Source: Promethearchaeia archaeon | Lineage (GTDB): Archaea > Asgardarchaeota > Lokiarchaeia > Sigyniarchaeales > SOKP01 | Assembly (NCBI GenBank): GCA_029856125.1 | Contig: JAHQWJ010000139.1 | Coordinates: 19,037-83,036, forward strand | Reading direction: 5' to 3' | DNA length: 64,000 nucleotides | Shown: in pieces, positions 1 through 9,992 of the stretch | Position numbering within the stretch: position 1 is the first letter of the stretch | Layout: every line of letters starts with the position of its first letter | The notes under the pieces: generated by a model | What the model saw: the letters and a program-made list of their open reading frames with translations, nothing else | What the model was told of the DNA's origin: nothing | The model's database searches: none | Translations under genes and position numbers: made by a program

Positions 1-713
1 TTCTTGGAGCGGTAACAGTGGGATTGGCATCATTCATAGCATACAAGAGGATCCACTCGCGTCAAAGAACTAAACTCGAAAAATTCTTGAATCAATTTAC
101 AGATATTTCAAAAATCAACGAAATCATCGTGATTGATACGAAATCTGGAATCGATGTATTCTCCCAATCGTTTGGTGGAAGAAAAATAGATACTAGCTTA
201 ATTTCAGGATTCCTGCAAGCTATTAGTAACTTTGGAACGACGATTTCAGAAACAGCAAAGGAATCTCGTACATTGAATATAGAGTACAAGGATTCAATAG
301 TAATGCAAACTGAATTTGTAAATTTAAAATTAATTGTAACTTTAAAAGAAAACCCTTCTGCTAATTTTAAATTTATAATGGAAGACTTAGCTTATGATAT
401 TTATAATCAATATGGAAAAGAGATTGACGACTTCGCAGGAATTTTGAAACCATTCCACAAAATGAAAGAATTGATAGAAAAGCATTTGAAAGTTTCGTTT
501 CTTTACCAGCTAAAAATCGCAGAAAATCCTAAGATCAAAATAAATACGTCTGAGAAAGAGATGGTTAGTAAAGCCCGAACTTTTATGAAAGAAAATAATT
601 TCAACTATTTCTATTCGCTTTATTTAATGCCAGAAAACACCTCTTCCCCAAAAGATTATCAAACAATTTTTAATCTGATTGAAAAAGGAATATTTCAGCC
701 GACTGAAAAATGA
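1..713 (+). CDS. C-terminal part of a membrane-anchored protein with cytoplasmic longin/roadblock-like domain (5' truncated by window)
   Basis: Frame is open to the window edge (LGAVTVGLASFIAYKR = TM end plus basic stop-transfer). Then IIVIDTKSGIDVFSQSF...LISGFLQAISNFG...W/FxG pattern typical of Asgard longin-like domains. Confidence 0.65.
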   Translation, partial: LGAVTVGLASFIAYKRIHSRQRTKLEKFLNQFTDISKINEIIVIDTKSGIDVFSQSFGGRKIDTSLISGFLQAISNFGTTISETAKESRTLNIEYKDSIVMQTEFVNLKLIVTLKENPSANFKFIMEDLAYDIYNQYGKEIDDFAGILKPFHKMKELIEKHLKVSFLYQLKIAENPKIKINTSEKEMVSKARTFMKENNFNYFYSLYLMPENTSSPKDYQTIFNLIEKGIFQPTEK

Positions 714-760
714 TTTTTCTAAATACCTTAGTATTTTTATATCTTATCTCTCAGTAAAAT

Positions 761-774
761 AAAAAAAAAAAAAA
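761..774 (-). terminator. Oligo-U archaeal terminator candidate for 781..1371
   Basis: Long A run on + strand (T run on -) immediately after the stop codon, between convergent genes. Confidence 0.4.
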
Positions 775-780
775 TTTGTT

Positions 781-1371
781 TTATTCTGATTTCTTCCGCC
801 ATACCGTCAAATAAACAATAAGGAGAATAATACACGCTGGAATTCCTATAATAATAAATATCCACATTAATGTATAGAACATACCATAAACCCAGTAACT
901 ATACGGTTGGCTGCTAAATGGAGCATAGTAATTAATACCATTAGAAGAAAGGGAAATATAAATACAATATGCTATAAACATAAATAATCCACCTCCACCG
1001 CTACCTCCCGCATTTCTCTTTCTATGCTTATTCTTCTTCTCTCTGGCTTTAAACTCGGCTTTCTCTTCATCTGGTAATCTACTCCACCAGATATAGCCTC
1101 CCACTCCAAAAAACAATCCTGCTGGTATCCCCACAAATAATAACTCAAATAGAATTATAAGTATATAAAATCCAACAATCCAATCAAGGCTCCAATCACC
1201 AATTAATGCCGTACCTTGCGCTCCAATCGGAGATGTTTCAATAAACCATATTACTACTAGTAGTGCTCCTATAAAGGCGATAGCTCCAGCTATAATTACT
1301 ACAATAAATGCCGTCAAATGGTTCTTTATTGTTTTTTTCCAATATAATTCATCGCTTAATTCTTCACTCAT
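781..1371 (-). CDS. Hypothetical 4-TM membrane protein
   Basis: Four hydrophobic segments, basic/Gly-rich loop; GAGG SD upstream. Confidence 0.7.
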   Translation of the reverse strand: MSEELSDELYWKKTIKNHLTAFIVVIIAGAIAFIGALLVVIWFIETSPIGAQGTALIGDWSLDWIVGFYILIILFELLFVGIPAGLFFGVGGYIWWSRLPDEEKAEFKAREKKNKHRKRNAGGSGGGGLFMFIAYCIYISLSSNGINYYAPFSSQPYSYWVYGMFYTLMWIFIIIGIPACIILLIVYLTVWRKKSE

Positions 1372-1624
1372 AAGATTTAACCTCTAATTTTTGAGATTTT
1401 CTTTTTATATTAATAGTTAGGAAATAGTAGGATCTCACTTAATTTAAGTTTATATGCAATTATTACATGGAAACAAATTGTAGGGCCTATTTTGAATGAT
1501 TATTCTCTAAAAAGGTAAATAAAACCTTCAATATCCATTTGATTTAGATTATTTGATATAAAAAGGTTAATGTAAAAATTTCCTCTAATTGATGCATATA
1601 GTAATAAACAAAAAAGAAAAAACT

Positions 1625-2518
1625 TTAGATCCATTGAACTCTTAAGGGTTTTCGAGCTGGGATTCGTTTATACTTTACATCTGGATACCCCATTGTTAAG
1701 GAATACCCTACGATATGGTTATTAGGAATCTTGAGTAATTCTCTAATTGTTTGCGATTCGTTTATAAAATAGGTCAAATATCCTAATGAACAAGCTCCTA
1801 ACCCTAAAATTTCAGCAGCGAGCATGATATTAGCTGCTGCTAAAGCGGTATTTGAAGGAATCCCTCCTACAGTTTTGTCTCCATGAATAATAATTAACTC
1901 CCCATTCCAACACCAAAAATCAATACCTTGCTTGATCATTTCGAGTTTTCTTTTTGATTTAGGAAGATTTTCAACAGCGAGTCTCATTTCATCTTCTGTA
2001 AATCTTTTTTCTAATAATTTCCGGCCCTGTTGATCCTCAAGCGCGTTAACTAACTTAGTCACTTTACTAGTTATGTGTTTTGATATCGCAGTTACAGTTG
2101 CTCTTTCTTGAACTATAGTATAGCTGATGTTTTCAGTATTGCTGCCAGTTGGTGAATATTTTCCGATCTTCAATAATTTTTCTATTAAATCTTTTGGAAT
2201 TGTTTTTTCTTTAAATCGCCTGATAGATCTCCTATTTAAAACCAGTTTTAAAAAAGAATTATATGATGGGAATTCTTCTCTTATCGAACTATGTTCTAGT
2301 TCTTCTTCCTCATGAAATTTTAGTTGAATAGCATTTACAGGACACACGGCTTCACAGTGTCCGCATTCTATGCAAACTTCCTCAAAAGAATCATCTAAAC
2401 GCAAAAAACCTTGGTTGAAAGAAAATAAATTAGCTACGCAATCTTTCACGCATTCTTTACATTTTGTACAATTATCAATATCGATTTTAATTTTTGAATT
2501 TTCTATTTCATTTATCAT
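1625..2518 (-). CDS. Nitroreductase family protein with N-terminal 2x[4Fe-4S] ferredoxin domain
   Basis: CTKCKECVKDC and CIECGHCEAVCP; RRSIRRF and SPTGSN nitroreductase motifs; LGLGAC. Confidence 0.9.
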   Translation of the reverse strand: MINEIENSKIKIDIDNCTKCKECVKDCVANLFSFNQGFLRLDDSFEEVCIECGHCEAVCPVNAIQLKFHEEEELEHSSIREEFPSYNSFLKLVLNRRSIRRFKEKTIPKDLIEKLLKIGKYSPTGSNTENISYTIVQERATVTAISKHITSKVTKLVNALEDQQGRKLLEKRFTEDEMRLAVENLPKSKRKLEMIKQGIDFWCWNGELIIIHGDKTVGGIPSNTALAAANIMLAAEILGLGACSLGYLTYFINESQTIRELLKIPNNHIVGYSLTMGYPDVKYKRIPARKPLRVQWI

Positions 2519-2637
2519 CAGAAATCATTTTAAGAATTCTAAATAGCTATAGAATATGAGCTAATTTTGTAAAACTCGTATCCCTTAAAAACATAATTAT
2601 TTAATTTTAAAAATAGATATCAGTACGGAAAAATTAT

Positions 2638-3423
2638 TTAAGAAATTGTCCAATAACTCTTTTCCGAGGCTTTATTTTTATTAATTTTCACTTTCTGTAT
2701 GGAATTATTTTCAAATGCCAAATAAAGCTTTTCTAAACTAGTTTTTTTATAAGGGAGATTCCAATGATTTCTTAAGATTTCATAATATATATTTATTGGA
2801 ATGCCTATATCAGCTACATATAATTCCCCAATGTTTTTAGGCTCTGTAATGAGTAGTCCCTTTTTTACGAATCCTAGCGTTAAGGTTGCTAATGGATTGA
2901 TGCTCGAATAACTGCTTCCCGTTGTTGCATCTAGTCCAGATGGAATATCCAAAGAAAGAATTTTATTTACGTTTGAAAGAAAATTAAAAACACTTTCAGA
3001 AATATCATCTTGACGGGGAGTAAACCCATATCCGAGATAAGCATCTATAAAAAAGCTATCATCCTTAAACTCTAAATTATTAACTGGTAATTCTTTGACA
3101 ATTTTGATTCCCAATTGTTTCGCTCTTATAAACTGGTGTTTGGAAACGTCTTTAAGTTCATTTACACCCTTTGGAAAGATAATTTGAGCATTTAATCCCC
3201 AAGAAGCTAAACGCCTCGCTGCCACAATACCGCCTCCAGCGTTGTTTCCAGTGCCAGCAATTATTATGTAGTTAGAATATTTAATTTTTGATAGATTTAG
3301 AGCTAAAATTGCTAAGTTTAAGCCTGCGAGTTCCATCATTAGCTCAACAGGGATTTTAAAATCTTCTACCATTATACGGTCTACTTCAGCCATCTGCTCT
3401 TTCGTAATGCCTGGTAAGCCCAT
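2638..3423 (-). CDS. nnrE: NAD(P)H-hydrate epimerase (YjeF_N, stand-alone)
   Basis: MMELAG, AGTGNNAGGG, DAYLGYG, LDIPSG, ADIGIP motifs. Confidence 0.85.
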   Translation of the reverse strand: MGLPGITKEQMAEVDRIMVEDFKIPVELMMELAGLNLAILALNLSKIKYSNYIIIAGTGNNAGGGIVAARRLASWGLNAQIIFPKGVNELKDVSKHQFIRAKQLGIKIVKELPVNNLEFKDDSFFIDAYLGYGFTPRQDDISESVFNFLSNVNKILSLDIPSGLDATTGSSYSSINPLATLTLGFVKKGLLITEPKNIGELYVADIGIPINIYYEILRNHWNLPYKKTSLEKLYLAFENNSIQKVKINKNKASEKSYWTIS

Positions 3424-3462
3424 AATTACCCCTTTTAGCTTAAATTAGAAAAATAAAAATTA

Positions 3463-4587
3463 TTAAGTTTGAGTTTTTTCAGCTCTTGCTAGTTCTGCTT
3501 TTTTATCCATGATTTTTACGTAAGTTGAGTAAGTATTTTTCGGAGGAAGTGTTTCCTCTTCTTTCTTAAAAAGCTTCATTGCTTCTGAAGTACAAGTAGG
3601 AACGCATACTCCGCATCCTATGCACCTTCCTTTATCTACTTGAGCGATATTGTCTTCAATAGTAATGGCATCCAAATTACATCTATCTTCACAGATTCCG
3701 CACCCTATGCATAAATCAGGATCAACTTCAGCATAAAAATTAGTAGCGAAAAAATGTGATAATTCAGGAAGCTGTTTTTGGCTTGTAAGCACTCCGCAAC
3801 AACAACCACAACAAGTACATATATTCATTGGTCGTTGAGAATTTCCCGGTTGAAGCACTAAACCATCTTCTTCGGCTTTCTGTAAGATTTCTAGAGCTTC
3901 TTCTTTAGTAATTTCTCTAGCAAGACCTTTTTCTATAAAACTCTTAGCACCAGCTCTAAATGAAAAGCATGACTCGCGTAGTTTCGTCTTTGTACATGGT
4001 TCTCCTATAAGATCATTTCCTTTTCGGCAGATGCAGTCCATTACTGCGATCGGTTCTCCCACAATCTCAATAAGTTGTTTAAGATCATCGTAATTCGCAA
4101 TTGATTGTTCAAAATTAACAGACTGATCTAGCGGAATCACGCGTAATTGAGGAACACCCGAACTATTATATTCTTCACTAAAAAATGTTTCACGCGTGTA
4201 TTGATGGGCATCTTTAAAAAATTCAGGTGTCAATTGATTTAGTTGATACTCAAACATTCCTATTACAAAAGGAGCACTACCGTAATATTTAGTTTCTGTT
4301 TCTCCTTCTTTTACAACCCCACGATTGATTAAACCCTTGAAATACATCTCATCTAGTTTCTTCTCCAATTCATCCGAAGAAAAACCACTTTTTTTCAATC
4401 TTCTATATATCTTCTTTAGCGGATCTGCAATAAAATTCAACTTTAATGCAATTTGAGCTTGTTCTGGCGTGAAAAGATGTTTCAAAATTTTAATTTCAAG
4501 TCCAGATTCTGTAGCTGGATAACCAACTGGCATCTTATCAAGATGCTTCTGTAATTCTCGATAATAATCAAAATTTTCTTGGGTCAT
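3463..4587 (-). CDS. Fe-S cluster protein (N-terminal wHTH-like region, Cys-rich core, C-terminal 2x[4Fe-4S])
   Basis: CICR, CTCCGCCC, CIGCGICEDRC and CIGCGVCVPTC; likely start MTQENF at 4587. Confidence 0.8.
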   Translation of the reverse strand: MTQENFDYYRELQKHLDKMPVGYPATESGLEIKILKHLFTPEQAQIALKLNFIADPLKKIYRRLKKSGFSSDELEKKLDEMYFKGLINRGVVKEGETETKYYGSAPFVIGMFEYQLNQLTPEFFKDAHQYTRETFFSEEYNSSGVPQLRVIPLDQSVNFEQSIANYDDLKQLIEIVGEPIAVMDCICRKGNDLIGEPCTKTKLRESCFSFRAGAKSFIEKGLAREITKEEALEILQKAEEDGLVLQPGNSQRPMNICTCCGCCCGVLTSQKQLPELSHFFATNFYAEVDPDLCIGCGICEDRCNLDAITIEDNIAQVDKGRCIGCGVCVPTCTSEAMKLFKKEEETLPPKNTYSTYVKIMDKKAELARAEKTQT

Positions 4588-4662
4588 ACAATATAGCAAT
4601 AGTTCTTAATTAAAAAAGTTGATAATTATGTTTTTTAAGGTTGAAGTAGTGAACATGAATTT

Positions 4663-5631
4663 TTATTTATTGTAATCTTTCCATTCAGAAGGAACCTTAG
4701 ATACTTTTTCTCGACCTGTAGGTTGATACACTTTTTTTCCTAAAGGTCTAAATTTTAAATCACCTTCAAAAAATTGTGTAATTCTTTGCCTAGCTATTTT
4801 AATGTATTCCAATTCTTTATCTACACCGATGACCTTTCGAGAATGTTTTAGTCCCGCAACCAAGGTCGTTCCTACACCGCAAAAAGGATCTAAAACATAA
4901 TCTCCTTTATTTGTGAGAGCGAGAATACATCTTTCTACTAGTTCTATCGGAAATTGGCAAGGATGAATAGTTTTTTCTGGATGGTTAGATTTAACGTTAG
5001 GAAACTCCCAGAAAGCAGTCATCCAATCATCTTCTAATATTTTCCACACATCCGAAGGATTTTTTCCTAATGGGTTTCCGGAAAGTTTACCCTTATTTGG
5101 TCCTTTATACGCGCGTTTCCCGGGATATTTAGCTGGTACTCTTATTGAATCTAAATTGAAAACATAATTATCAGTTTTTGTAAACCATAGTATTGTCTCA
5201 TACCTTCCAGATAATCGATTCTTACAATGTAATCCGTGTCCAAAATGCCATACAATTCTATTTCTCAATTTCATACCTATTCTTTTGAAAATATCGTAAA
5301 AATAAATGTCTAAAGGATAAATTTCGCCGTTATTTACGTAATTTCCGACTTCCCAACAAACACTTCCTTCATTTTTAAGTTTGTTATGAAGCTGTCTAAT
5401 AATCATTTCTTGATTTTTCAAATATGCTTCTAAGGTTGCTTTTTCTTCATACTCTTTGCCAATATTGTAAGGAGGTGAGGTCACGATTAAATTTACGCTG
5501 TTATCCGGCACAGTATTCAGGAATTTTAGTGAATCTCCATGATGTAAAATGATCTTCCTTTCTTTAGCAAATTCGGTATAAATTTTATAAGTTTCCGATT
5601 TAGAGGTCATCTTTTTTTGTGTTGTCATCAT
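4663..5631 (-). CDS. Site-specific DNA methyltransferase (N4-C/N6-A, beta class)
   Basis: TSPPY motif IV precedes HPCQFP and VLDPFCGVGTT motif I. Confidence 0.9.
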   Translation of the reverse strand: MMTTQKKMTSKSETYKIYTEFAKERKIILHHGDSLKFLNTVPDNSVNLIVTSPPYNIGKEYEEKATLEAYLKNQEMIIRQLHNKLKNEGSVCWEVGNYVNNGEIYPLDIYFYDIFKRIGMKLRNRIVWHFGHGLHCKNRLSGRYETILWFTKTDNYVFNLDSIRVPAKYPGKRAYKGPNKGKLSGNPLGKNPSDVWKILEDDWMTAFWEFPNVKSNHPEKTIHPCQFPIELVERCILALTNKGDYVLDPFCGVGTTLVAGLKHSRKVIGVDKELEYIKIARQRITQFFEGDLKFRPLGKKVYQPTGREKVSKVPSEWKDYNK

Positions 5632-5847
5632 TCATTCATTATTAAATCCTAATAAGTGAAGGATAAGAATTATTACTACTATTGACCTTTAGTCAGATTT
5701 TTTAAATTAAATTATTTGTTAAGCCTTTATCAAAAGTGCAAACCATTTTTTTATCTTTCTAACTTAAAATGAAACATGTTCGAATTTAGGTTTATAAACA
5801 CTTTACAATTATAATATTTAAAAAATTATTAAAATTGAAAAGTAGAT

Positions 5848-6186
5848 GTGAAATATTTGAGCGACCATAATAAAGAAAATCCTGAAATTTTAGATTTAGA
5901 AAGCTTACTTGATTATCAAGAAGGCTCCGTTGTTAGTAGGATGCTGATGAACAAAAAAATAGGCACTGTAACATTGTTTTCTTTTGATAAAGGAGAGGGT
6001 TTAAGTGAACACACAACTCCATTTGATGCGTTAGTTTACATTATCGATGGCAAGGCGGAAATTATAATTTCTAAAAAGCCTTACATTTTAGAAAAAGGGC
6101 AAATGATAACGATGCCTGCTAATGACCCACATGCTCTTAAGGCTTTAGAGCGCTTTAAAATGATGCTAATAATGGTTAAAGCTTAG
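5848..6186 (+). CDS. Cupin domain protein
   Basis: FDKGEGLSEHTTP...MPANDPHAL cupin motifs. Confidence 0.85.
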   Translation: MKYLSDHNKENPEILDLESLLDYQEGSVVSRMLMNKKIGTVTLFSFDKGEGLSEHTTPFDALVYIIDGKAEIIISKKPYILEKGQMITMPANDPHALKALERFKMMLIMVKA

Positions 6187-6237
6187 AAAATAAGTGATTT
6201 TTTCTTTTATCTCTAATAGAAAAACCCTTTATTTTTT

Positions 6238-7029
6238 CTAATTATATTTTTTCTTTTTCTCCAGAAATTGTTGATCAATCAAAATATCCATCTGAGCATT
6301 CAACCAACACAACTCGTCATAAGTGCTAGATGAATTAAACACTTCTTCTGCCTTTTTGCGAATATCTTCAAGCGAAGGCATGTTTAATGCTATGTTTTGA
6401 ATAACTTCGGCTAATAGCCAACATAAGTCGTTATACGAATATTTTTTTAATGAGAGATAATAAGCAGCTACTCTGATTTGAGGTTCTAAACCAATCTCTT
6501 CATCATCTGTAGGCACTACTTCTTTTTCCATAGATTCCTTAGCTTCAACTTCTTCATTTTCTGTAATAAGCGTTCTGTGTTTTTTTAGTTGCGTTAACCA
6601 TGCAAACACCCCTGGTTCAGCGCCTTCCTCTTTTATCTCTGGGCTTTTAATCTCTTGGGGTTCATTCTCTGAAATGGTTGATGTGGATGGTGTTTCTTCT
6701 TTAGGTGCTACTAGTACCAGCTCAGGTCTGCGTCCAGTTGATTTACCAGGTATTAACCCCTTTTTTAACTGATCCATCATCGATAAAAATGATCCATATT
6801 CTCGTTTTTGCATCATTATTAATATTTTGCACGCACCTCCGCGATCTTTGTCAAATCTTCTAGCCCAAGCTGCTGTGAGGTCTTTTTTATACTGTGGAAC
6901 TTTAAGCCCCACCCAAATATAAAGTGTCTTCTTCTCAATATCGTCAATCAAATACACATGATTATCGTCAAACTCTAAATTACTTCGATCAATTAAATTT
7001 CCTTTTTCATCAAGACTATAAAAAATCAA
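6238..7029 (-). CDS. Asgard gelsolin-domain protein with acidic linker and C-terminal duplicated helical (DUF2934-like) domain
   Basis: VYLID...LYIWVG...A..A...D...E...FL gelsolin repeat; two IRxxA...YxxLCWLxA units. Confidence 0.75.
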   Translation of the reverse strand: MIFYSLDEKGNLIDRSNLEFDDNHVYLIDDIEKKTLYIWVGLKVPQYKKDLTAAWARRFDKDRGGACKILIMMQKREYGSFLSMMDQLKKGLIPGKSTGRRPELVLVAPKEETPSTSTISENEPQEIKSPEIKEEGAEPGVFAWLTQLKKHRTLITENEEVEAKESMEKEVVPTDDEEIGLEPQIRVAAYYLSLKKYSYNDLCWLLAEVIQNIALNMPSLEDIRKKAEEVFNSSSTYDELCWLNAQMDILIDQQFLEKKKKYN

Positions 7030-7228
7030 ATATAAACCACACTAAAGTTGAATAAGCTTATAAAAATAGATTCAATTAAGGTATAAAAATTTTTATTAAT
7101 CACATGAATTACTTGAAATATTAATCAATTAATACTTATTAAACTATTAATAAATAGAAATTTCTTCCATTCTCGTTGAATTAAAATTATGGCATATCTA
7201 CCATAAAATCTCTACAGGTGTATTTAAA

Positions 7229-8176
7229 ATTAAAAAAATCGAACTTCTCTCTAAAAATGGTGATTCTCGCGGTTTTTACGATCTCGCTAATCAGGTTAAC
7301 GATTTAACAGGTAAAGAGTGGGTATTTTCGACAAAATCAGTAATTCCAAAAGGATATCCTCCGAGTTTTCAATTAAATCTAAGGAATAAACATGGAGGTC
7401 AAAAACCGCCGGAATTATGTGAAAAGTTGATTAAAACTTTTACAAAAGAGAATGATCTAATTCTTGATCCTTTTTGTGGAGTTGGAGGAACTTTGATCGC
7501 ATGCAATTTGAGCAATCGTAACGGCATTGGGATTGAAATCAACCAAGAATGGATAGACATTTATCATAAAGTCTGCGAAATTGAATCTATCCCGCCTCAG
7601 AGGGTTATTAAAGGTGATTCTCGCGAGATTCTTCATAATTTAAGTGAAGACCCAAACTTTAAGGTAGATTTTATATTGACCGATGTTCCATTTTGGAAGA
7701 TGGACACTGTTGAGAAATCGAAGGGCACCTACAAAAAAGTTGGAGAAGATTCTAAAGGAGTTTATTCTGATAAATCAAAATTAACTAGATTTATCCCTAG
7801 CTCTCAAGATTCACAACAAAAAAAAAATGATTGGGAACTTTTAATGAAGCAAACTTTCAGCGAATGCTTTAAACTTTTAAAGCCCGGGCGATATTGTGCT
7901 GTTTTTATAGGAAACATGTATACGGAAGGCCGTTACCATCTTTTAAACGCTGATGTTGCCCGCATCTTAAGTCAAATCGGTTACGTCTTAAAATCAGAAA
8001 TAATATGGTACGATGTTAACAAAAAACTACATCTTTACGGTATCAATTATTCATGGATCCCAAGCATTGTGCACCAATTTATTATGGTTTTTAGAAAAGA
8101 AAGAAGTGAAAAACTTACTCAAGAAGAAAAAGATAAAATCAAAGCGAAAAACCTTAAGATGATTGAAAAAGGATGA
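7229..8176 (+). CDS. DNA methyltransferase (N4/N6 family, motif I before motif IV); start extended upstream of ORF-track call 7427
   Basis: In-frame upstream NQVNDLTGKEW...HGGQKPPEL; ILDPFCGVGGT; atypical motif IV TDVPF. AGGTG SD at 7216-7220 precedes ATT at 7229. Confidence 0.75.
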   Translation: MKKIELLSKNGDSRGFYDLANQVNDLTGKEWVFSTKSVIPKGYPPSFQLNLRNKHGGQKPPELCEKLIKTFTKENDLILDPFCGVGGTLIACNLSNRNGIGIEINQEWIDIYHKVCEIESIPPQRVIKGDSREILHNLSEDPNFKVDFILTDVPFWKMDTVEKSKGTYKKVGEDSKGVYSDKSKLTRFIPSSQDSQQKKNDWELLMKQTFSECFKLLKPGRYCAVFIGNMYTEGRYHLLNADVARILSQIGYVLKSEIIWYDVNKKLHLYGINYSWIPSIVHQFIMVFRKERSEKLTQEEKDKIKAKNLKMIEKG

Positions 8177-8185
8177 TAAGTGAAA

Positions 8186-8830
8186 TTATCCTTTTTGTTT
8201 CATAGCGATAGCAGTAATCCAACCCTTTTCTTTTTGTTCGTATACATCTATTTCAGTAAATCCTGCTTTCGTTAAAAAATTCCTATACTCCTCAGGTGAA
8301 TGAAGCTTAAAATCTCCGAGTTTCGCCCAATTCTCTACTACTTTTCTTATCTCTTTGTTTTCGCATTTATAACCCTCGTTGACTAATAGTAATACACCGT
8401 TGATTTTCAAAACGCGATGTATCTCTTTTAAATCGTTAATTAAATCTGGCCAGAAATAACAAGCTTCAAAGCCTGAAACTACATCGAAGATTTTATCCTC
8501 AAAAGGAAGACTTGAGACTGAGCTCTCATGAATCTCAACAATTCCCTCTTCGATGTATTTTTTATTAACTTCTTTACTGACTTTCACTGAAGTGGGTGAA
8601 TAATCAATTCCGAACACCCTCCCACTTGTCACAATTTGCGCAAAATGATTAATATTAGCTCCACCTCCACATCCTACGTCTAAAATTATCATTTCTTTCT
8701 TTAATTTTATGTGAGATAAACCCCACTCTGCTAACAAAGCGTGAGAAATGTTCATCCTCTTGGCGATTCTTTTGCCAAATAATCCCCTTGGTTTTTTTAC
8801 TTGATTAACAATGTAGTTAAGATATCCGAT
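8186..8830 (-). CDS. Class I SAM-dependent methyltransferase; start extended upstream of 8755
   Basis: LDVGCGGG, GIDYS, LPFED; conserved N-terminal QxxKPxGxxGxxxxxxMNxxH lies upstream of the first ATG. Confidence 0.8.
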   Translation of the reverse strand: MGYLNYIVNQVKKPRGLFGKRIAKRMNISHALLAEWGLSHIKLKKEMIILDVGCGGGANINHFAQIVTSGRVFGIDYSPTSVKVSKEVNKKYIEEGIVEIHESSVSSLPFEDKIFDVVSGFEACYFWPDLINDLKEIHRVLKINGVLLLVNEGYKCENKEIRKVVENWAKLGDFKLHSPEEYRNFLTKAGFTEIDVYEQKEKGWITAIAMKQKG

Positions 8831-9013
8831 AAGTACTCACTTCTTTCTGATTTTTGATATTTTTAGCAATAATTGGTCTATAGAAAATTTTTATTAGGCG
8901 TGACTAATTTTTGTAATATAAAGTAACATTTAATTGTTGATATCATTTAACAGTCAATAATTTAATTGTTAATCATTATAATTTACTAACTTAAAAACTT
9001 AAATTGATAAAAA

Positions 9014-9499
9014 ATGGGCCATAATCATGAACATAGGTTGGGAATCGAGGCACCACATTCTCATCTAATACAAGGACTTTCTCCTATTGTTTTTACTATA
9101 ATATGGATTCTAGATTCACTGGTTTTCTCGTTTTCAACGGTAATGAATAATTTTGTTCCTTGGATAGTTAGACTCATCTTGTTTATTATAGTTATCGCCA
9201 TAGCTTTCGCGTTTATTCGCGCTTCCCACAACATTTTATTTAGGCACCCAGAAAATAAAGACGATCTCATAACAGATGGAATACTTGGGCATGTAAGAAA
9301 TCCGATGTATTTTGGCGTTCTCTTAATTTATCTTGCGTGTATATTTCTATCGATTTCATTAATTAGCATAGCGATATGGATTGTAATAATTGTTATTTAC
9401 GATAAGTTGGCTACTTTTGAACAAAAACAACTAGAAAACCTATTTGGAGAGAAATATATAGAATATAAGAAAAAAGTACCTAAATGGATTCCTCGATAG
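9014..9499 (+). CDS. Isoprenylcysteine carboxyl methyltransferase/PEMT family membrane protein
   Basis: LITDG...VRNPMYFG...EQKQLENLFGEKYIEYKKKVPKWIP. Confidence 0.85.
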   Translation: MGHNHEHRLGIEAPHSHLIQGLSPIVFTIIWILDSLVFSFSTVMNNFVPWIVRLILFIIVIAIAFAFIRASHNILFRHPENKDDLITDGILGHVRNPMYFGVLLIYLACIFLSISLISIAIWIVIIVIYDKLATFEQKQLENLFGEKYIEYKKKVPKWIPR

Positions 9500-9992
9500 A
9501 TCGATTCTTTCGCAATGTAAAAATAAAAGCAAGTAGATAAGGCAAAGTGGTTATTAGCATTAATAATCCCAACATGAAAAGACCAAGAATAAAACTAAAA
9601 ATAGCGTAAAAACAAGCAATTACTAATAAGCTGCTTGGTGGGATTAGATCAAACCATTCAGTGCGTTTTAGGTTTTCTCTCTTCCAAATAATAATACCGG
9701 AAGCCCACACGATGGTAAAAATCATCCATACCACTAGAAAAATTAAAGGCAAATTAAATATCAAAGGGATTCGAGTAAACGATCCTACTAAGAATAGTAT
9801 TCCCAATCCCATTGGAATTACAAGCAACACTGTATATAATCTTCGAAGTAAAGAGCGTCTAGCATCAACTTTGGCAACATTCAATAATTTTAGTTTTTTG
9901 CTATCTTTCTCCCAACTTAATCCGTAAAGCACTAAATACGCTATGGGGATAAAAAACCAACCAAAAAAATTAAACGCAGGGATATTGAAGTA
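9480..9992 (-). pseudogene. Membrane protein fragment, probably the C-terminal part of a CruF/carotenoid-biosynthesis-like (DUF422) protein
   Basis: Frame continues upstream of GTG 9932 as YFNIPAFNFFGWFF (family-like YFxIPxxNFxGW) up to an in-frame TAG, with no in-frame ATG. Confidence 0.4.
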
